From assembly GCA_964651815.1 (NCBI GenBank), contig CAZYWG010000005.1:27053-91052 (forward strand): a DNA stretch of 64,000 nt, in the 5' to 3' direction. The notes beneath the pieces are model-generated. The model was not told the origin of the DNA, ran no database searches, and saw nothing but the letters and a program-made list of their open reading frames with translations. Each line of letters begins with the position of its first letter. Position 1 is the first letter of the stretch. Below, one piece after another: positions 60,268-64,000 of the stretch. The translations under genes and the position numbers were made by a program. This DNA comes from an uncultured Gammaproteobacteria bacterium (GTDB lineage: Bacteria > Patescibacteriota > Microgenomatia > Levybacterales > GWA1-39-11).

Positions 60268-61706
60268 TTTTTGATTATCCGCCTAATATCACTTACTACT
60301 TCTTTCCCTTTAAAGGCGTACATTATACTAAAGTAAATTCCGCCACAAACAGTGCTCATAATAATTAATTCCGGCAGACTTCTTACAAAATAGGCGCAAG
60401 AAAAATATGTGATTATTCCCATTATACCAGCTGATACTATTGGTTGATAAATACTACCCCAAAATTTGAAGTCCACAATTTTTCTTACCAAATGTACTGT
60501 ATATAAAATAGTAAGTGTCACCAAAAATGAGGCAATTGCAACCCCATTGTAACTGTAAAAGTGAATCATAAGGGGTGTTATAATCCATATTAAAATCGTC
60601 CACACAACCATAAGTTGCAGGGTCCATTTAACTTTCCCGTTGGAGTCCAAAACATTAATTAGTATTCCGGAAAGAGAAGATACCATTGCGTTAAGCGAGA
60701 AAAAAACAACAGAAATATACGCACCTTCCCATTTATTATGCCAATGTGGAAAATAACGGATAAGTGACGGCCCCGCAATTATTAATCCTGTCAAAAGAGG
60801 GAACATAATAAGCGCAACAAAAAACAAAGATTTCTCAATTGACAGCCTCAGCATTTTCTTATCATCTTGAAACCTTGCGTAGGTAGAAAAAGTAACACGA
60901 GTCACGCTATCAACAAAGTATCTGTATGGATAAAAAGCAAGGCTTTGGGCAACACCAATAAATCCTATCTGAGCAAAGCTTAAGAACCTCGCCAAAATTA
61001 CCGTTAAAAAATCGTCCTTAATTGTTGCAAGAACGTTTTTTGCTTGGAATTGTAACCCAAATTTCAAATGCACAAGAGACGCCTTATGAACTCCAACCCC
61101 AAATTCCCAAGGTGAAACCAGAAAATAAAATGGAACACTTGAAATACTTGAGACTAAAAACGCCCAAGTATACGCAGTTATTCCAAAACGATTCAAAACC
61201 AAAGTTAAAAGAATAAGATTAAACACTACAGATTCCACAAGTTGTGGAATAACTAGTTTGTGAAAATGAATTTTACGCTCAAGAAGTATTGACGGAATCA
61301 CTTTAAATGAAGAAAGAAAAATTGTAAAGACTAGAGCAAGCAACAATCCGTAGGCATCATTATTTAGTCGCAATAATGAAGAGAGCGGTGACCTTAAAAT
61401 CAGTGTTAAAAAGAATACCCCCCCAGTTAGCGCGGCTTGTAATGTAAAACTTGTGCGCAGATCCTCACGCGTCAATTCTTCCTTTTTTTGGACTAATGCA
61501 GCACCAAAACCAAAATCCGTAAAAAAACTAATGACCCTTTGAATTGCTATAACTACCGTGTATATTCCAACTTGAGCAGGGGTGAAAATACTAAAAATTA
61601 TGATTGAAGTACCTACTGTCAAAACATCAAGAATGACAGTTCTTGAAATAAATGCAACAATCCCCTTTAGTGTTTGCTCAATAATTGAAGAATTAGAATT
61701 TTCCAT
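60264..61706 (-). CDS. Oligosaccharide flippase (WzxC-like)
   Basis: DFGFGAALVQ, LER...F.KL, VTFSTYARFQ, 12-14 TM helices. Confidence 0.88.
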   Translation of the reverse strand: MENSNSSIIEQTLKGIVAFISRTVILDVLTVGTSIIIFSIFTPAQVGIYTVVIAIQRVISFFTDFGFGAALVQKKEELTREDLRTSFTLQAALTGGVFFLTLILRSPLSSLLRLNNDAYGLLLALVFTIFLSSFKVIPSILLERKIHFHKLVIPQLVESVVFNLILLTLVLNRFGITAYTWAFLVSSISSVPFYFLVSPWEFGVGVHKASLVHLKFGLQFQAKNVLATIKDDFLTVILARFLSFAQIGFIGVAQSLAFYPYRYFVDSVTRVTFSTYARFQDDKKMLRLSIEKSLFFVALIMFPLLTGLIIAGPSLIRYFPHWHNKWEGAYISVVFFSLNAMVSSLSGILINVLDSNGKVKWTLQLMVVWTILIWIITPLMIHFYSYNGVAIASFLVTLTILYTVHLVRKIVDFKFWGSIYQPIVSAGIMGIITYFSCAYFVRSLPELIIMSTVCGGIYFSIMYAFKGKEVVSDIRRIIKK

Positions 61707-61708
61707 TT

Positions 61709-62428
61709 TTAAATCCTAGCGTTATGAATATCTGACCACAAAATTAGACTCTCTAAAACTGCCCTGACAACAACAGGAAGATTTGCACCTGTCTGAAGTC
61801 CAAATTGCCTTTGATAATGACTAACTTCAACTTGAGTTATTTTTAATTTTTTTCTTTTTGCTTTTGCCAAAATTTCAGTAGTTACCATTGCGCCCTCCGA
61901 CCTCAAAGGCATAATCTGGCTTAGTGCTCCTCGTGTAAACATCTTAAAACCGCAATCAATATCCTTAAACCAGAATCCAAACAATACAAAATCCCAAATT
62001 TTAAGTAAGTTCATGAGGAGCAATCTTTTTCCAAGATTATGGTCACGCCTTTTTTTTCTAAATCCAATAACCATATCTGAGTTATTAATCTCATCAACAA
62101 ATTTTGTGACCTCTGAAAAATCAAATTGTCCGTCGCCATCAGTAAAAACAATATATTTATATTTTGCAGCATCAAAACCCGCTTTCAGTGCAGCCCCATA
62201 TCCGCGGTTAGGCTTATGAGACACAACTTTTATATTTTTGTTTTGTTTAGCCAAACCTTTCCCTTCCTCAAGGGTACCGTCGGACGACCCATCATCAATT
62301 ATTATTACTTCCCACACATTTGCCACGTTTGGTGCTACAGCAATAGCCTTAGAAACAACTTGACTTACATTTTTCTCCTCATTCCAGAAGGGGAAGAAGA
62401 TGGATAACTCAGGAAGTTTTTTTGCCAT
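61709..62428 (-). CDS. GT2, polyprenyl-phosphate glycosyltransferase-like
   Basis: DDGSSD, NRGYGAAL, TDGDGQFD, DIDCGFK. Confidence 0.88.
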   Translation of the reverse strand: MAKKLPELSIFFPFWNEEKNVSQVVSKAIAVAPNVANVWEVIIIDDGSSDGTLEEGKGLAKQNKNIKVVSHKPNRGYGAALKAGFDAAKYKYIVFTDGDGQFDFSEVTKFVDEINNSDMVIGFRKKRRDHNLGKRLLLMNLLKIWDFVLFGFWFKDIDCGFKMFTRGALSQIMPLRSEGAMVTTEILAKAKRKKLKITQVEVSHYQRQFGLQTGANLPVVVRAVLESLILWSDIHNARI

Positions 62429-63959
62429 AAAAAATATTGGATTTACTTATTATAACAAGGATCATGGCTATAACTCCAACAGTTGATAGCATATCAGAAA
62501 TTATCTCGATTATTGTTTGGGAAGACTTGAACTTAACTGAACGGAGTCCGCCGGGAACTTCTGTAAAAAAACCATTGCTTTCGCTCCTGAGACTAGGATC
62601 AAACTGAAGCTTTTGAGTAGGATCATTAGGCTTTACAAAATTTTTTGGCAAATACTCATCGGAAATTTTGGATGCGGTCCATGTAAGATATTCTGAATTT
62701 GTGTAATAACTAACATTTCTATTTAAATTTCTCTGTGGAACAAATAGTTTCGTATTAAACAATAAAGTTGAAAAAATAACAAGGACAGCCAAAATTATCC
62801 CTAAATTTTTATGATATCTTTCTCCAAAAGACCATACCAAAAATCCAATGAGAAAACTTGTAAATACACCCGCAAAATTTAGGAATCTCCACGGAAATTG
62901 CAAGAAATTCATAAAAGGCGCTTGCCACAAAATTTTTGACGAGGCTTGCATCATAAATATTGAAAAAAATAGAAAACAAAATGACATTAGTGTAATAACC
63001 TTTCTCTCTTTGAGTTTTTTAAAACTTAAAAATAATAGAATTAAAGCCAGAACGACAAATGCAATATTGGATTTTCCAAGCCTAAAGCTCAAACCATCAA
63101 TGCACCCCGGCGCAGAACCCCCAAAACCCCAAGGACTGTCCCAAAGTTGACTAATACATACAAAGTTTTGAGAAAAGTCTGATCCACCAACAAGCTGTGA
63201 CGCAATGTTGGTAAATTTCACCTCGCTAACTGCTGGCACCACATAAAAAGCGGATAGAAGAAATGACAAGAGAAATATTAAACAGTAAGAAATGATAAGA
63301 TTTTTTTTATTTTTCCCAAAGATTAGAGAGAACAGAATAAAAATTCCTAAAAACAACGCTAGCATAAAAGCGGACAGATTGTGTGATAAAACTACTGCAG
63401 AAATAGATAATGATGCTAAAGTAATATATTTTTTAGAAATTGTTTTTTTTTCGATTGAGAAAATTTTAAAAAACGATAAAAATACAATTGGAAGGAAAGC
63501 GTAAGCAAAAATTTCTGCAAGGTCCCCTCTCACATATATATTTACAGCGTGATAAGGAAAGTACAAATAAACGATCGATGCAACTAGACCTGGAATTTTA
63601 CCAAAAAAGTTTTCGGTCAAAAAATACATTGATATCCCCGCAAGTAAAATTCCAATGACAAAAATTATTTTTGTAGAAACTAACGCATCAAATCCTAAGA
63701 TATTAACTAAGCCACCTAAATAATAAGGCAGTACGGAGTAGAAATTAAATATTGGGTAACCAAGTCCATATCCAAGATCTGCAACCCATCTTACTGGAAG
63801 TGCCCCGGATAAAATACTTTTCCCCATTTCAAAAACTCTTGCAACCTGCACGTCATCATGAATTTGGAAAAAACCATTTGAAAAAAAAGGGATGACTGAA
63901 AAAACTGAAAGTACAAAATATAAGATTATATTTATTTTATCTGAAATAATTTTATTCAT
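62409..63959 (-). CDS. 'PTPS-related' membrane protein, GT-C/YfhO-like, shortened C-terminal domain
   Basis: IHDDVQVAR, RWVADLGYGLG, RGDLAE, QFPWRF; lacks the YFPGW segment. Confidence 0.8.
   Translation of the reverse strand: MNKIISDKINIILYFVLSVFSVIPFFSNGFFQIHDDVQVARVFEMGKSILSGALPVRWVADLGYGLGYPIFNFYSVLPYYLGGLVNILGFDALVSTKIIFVIGILLAGISMYFLTENFFGKIPGLVASIVYLYFPYHAVNIYVRGDLAEIFAYAFLPIVFLSFFKIFSIEKKTISKKYITLASLSISAVVLSHNLSAFMLALFLGIFILFSLIFGKNKKNLIISYCLIFLLSFLLSAFYVVPAVSEVKFTNIASQLVGGSDFSQNFVCISQLWDSPWGFGGSAPGCIDGLSFRLGKSNIAFVVLALILLFLSFKKLKERKVITLMSFCFLFFSIFMMQASSKILWQAPFMNFLQFPWRFLNFAGVFTSFLIGFLVWSFGERYHKNLGIILAVLVIFSTLLFNTKLFVPQRNLNRNVSYYTNSEYLTWTASKISDEYLPKNFVKPNDPTQKLQFDPSLRSESNGFFTEVPGGLRSVKFKSSQTIIEIISDMLSTVGVIAMILVIISKSNIFYGKKTS
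62449..62457 (-). promoter_or_regulatory. Candidate internal extended -10
   Basis: TGTTATAAT 20 nt upstream of ATG 62428, inside the upstream CDS. Confidence 0.4.
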
Positions 63960-64000
63960 TTATTAATTAGTTTTGAAACTTGTTTTTTGTAAACCATTAT
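63956..64000 (-). CDS. 3' end of an upstream gene entering the window
   Basis: Open frame IMVYKKQVSKLINK ending in a TGA that overlaps the ATG at 63959. Confidence 0.45.
   Translation of the reverse strand: MMVYKKQVSKLINK

Noticed and set aside
7099-63451. A9/T9 runs (e.g. 7099, 9543, 29958, 33739, 36241, 63443) as phase-variation tracts
   Set aside because: Expected in AT-rich Phe/Lys codon runs; all host genes are in frame
2106-63504. Dozens of 60-150 aa ORFs antisense to or nested in the long genes
   Set aside because: They overlap motif-bearing genes, have no recognisable motifs, and are expected shadows of hydrophobic AT-rich coding sequence
28645-63959. Pterin biosynthesis suggested by the 'PTPS-related' family name
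   Set aside because: These are multi-TM proteins with no T-fold PTPS motifs; context is purely glycosylation
1-64000. Alternative genetic code (TGA=Gly as in Gracilibacteria/Absconditabacteria)
   Set aside because: Genes are full length under code 11 and TGA repeatedly serves as stop in ATGA overlaps
1-64000. Standard LPS O-antigen or Wzy capsule cluster
   Set aside because: No recognisable Wzz/Wzc, WaaL, priming transferase or lipid A genes in the window, and the GT-C excess does not fit; such genes could still lie outside the window

Overview
AT-rich bacterial DNA (roughly one-third GC by eye, standard code with TGA as stop) that is almost entirely one surface-glycosylation locus running off both ends. 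About 50 tightly packed, often overlapping minus-strand genes are interrupted by only three plus-strand genes. It encodes about 19 multi-pass GT-C-fold-like membrane glycosyltransferases (PMT/ArnT-like, YfhO-like, 'PTPS-related', AftD/DUF3367-like, MptB-like), 11 GT2s (three resembling polyprenyl-phosphate sugar synthases), 4 GT4s, 2 Wzx-type flippases, nucleotide-sugar enzymes (galE, rfbF, rfbC/rfbD-like, four further SDR epimerases) and tailoring enzymes (carbamoyl-, acetyl-, methyltransferases). Gene content, DUF5652/DUF5667-like proteins and in-gene heptamer repeats suggest Patescibacteria/CPR, probably Microgenomates (inference). Signals beyond the ORF track: extended -10 promoters 6-7 nt before start codons, some inside the upstream CDS; in-frame 7-bp tandem repeats in genes; a gene with a good promoter broken by one in-frame TAA; a DUF5667-like insert in a 1127-aa GT-C; a G8 tract. 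No rRNA, tRNA, CRISPR or IS element was seen. All family calls come from motif recognition by eye, not database searches.
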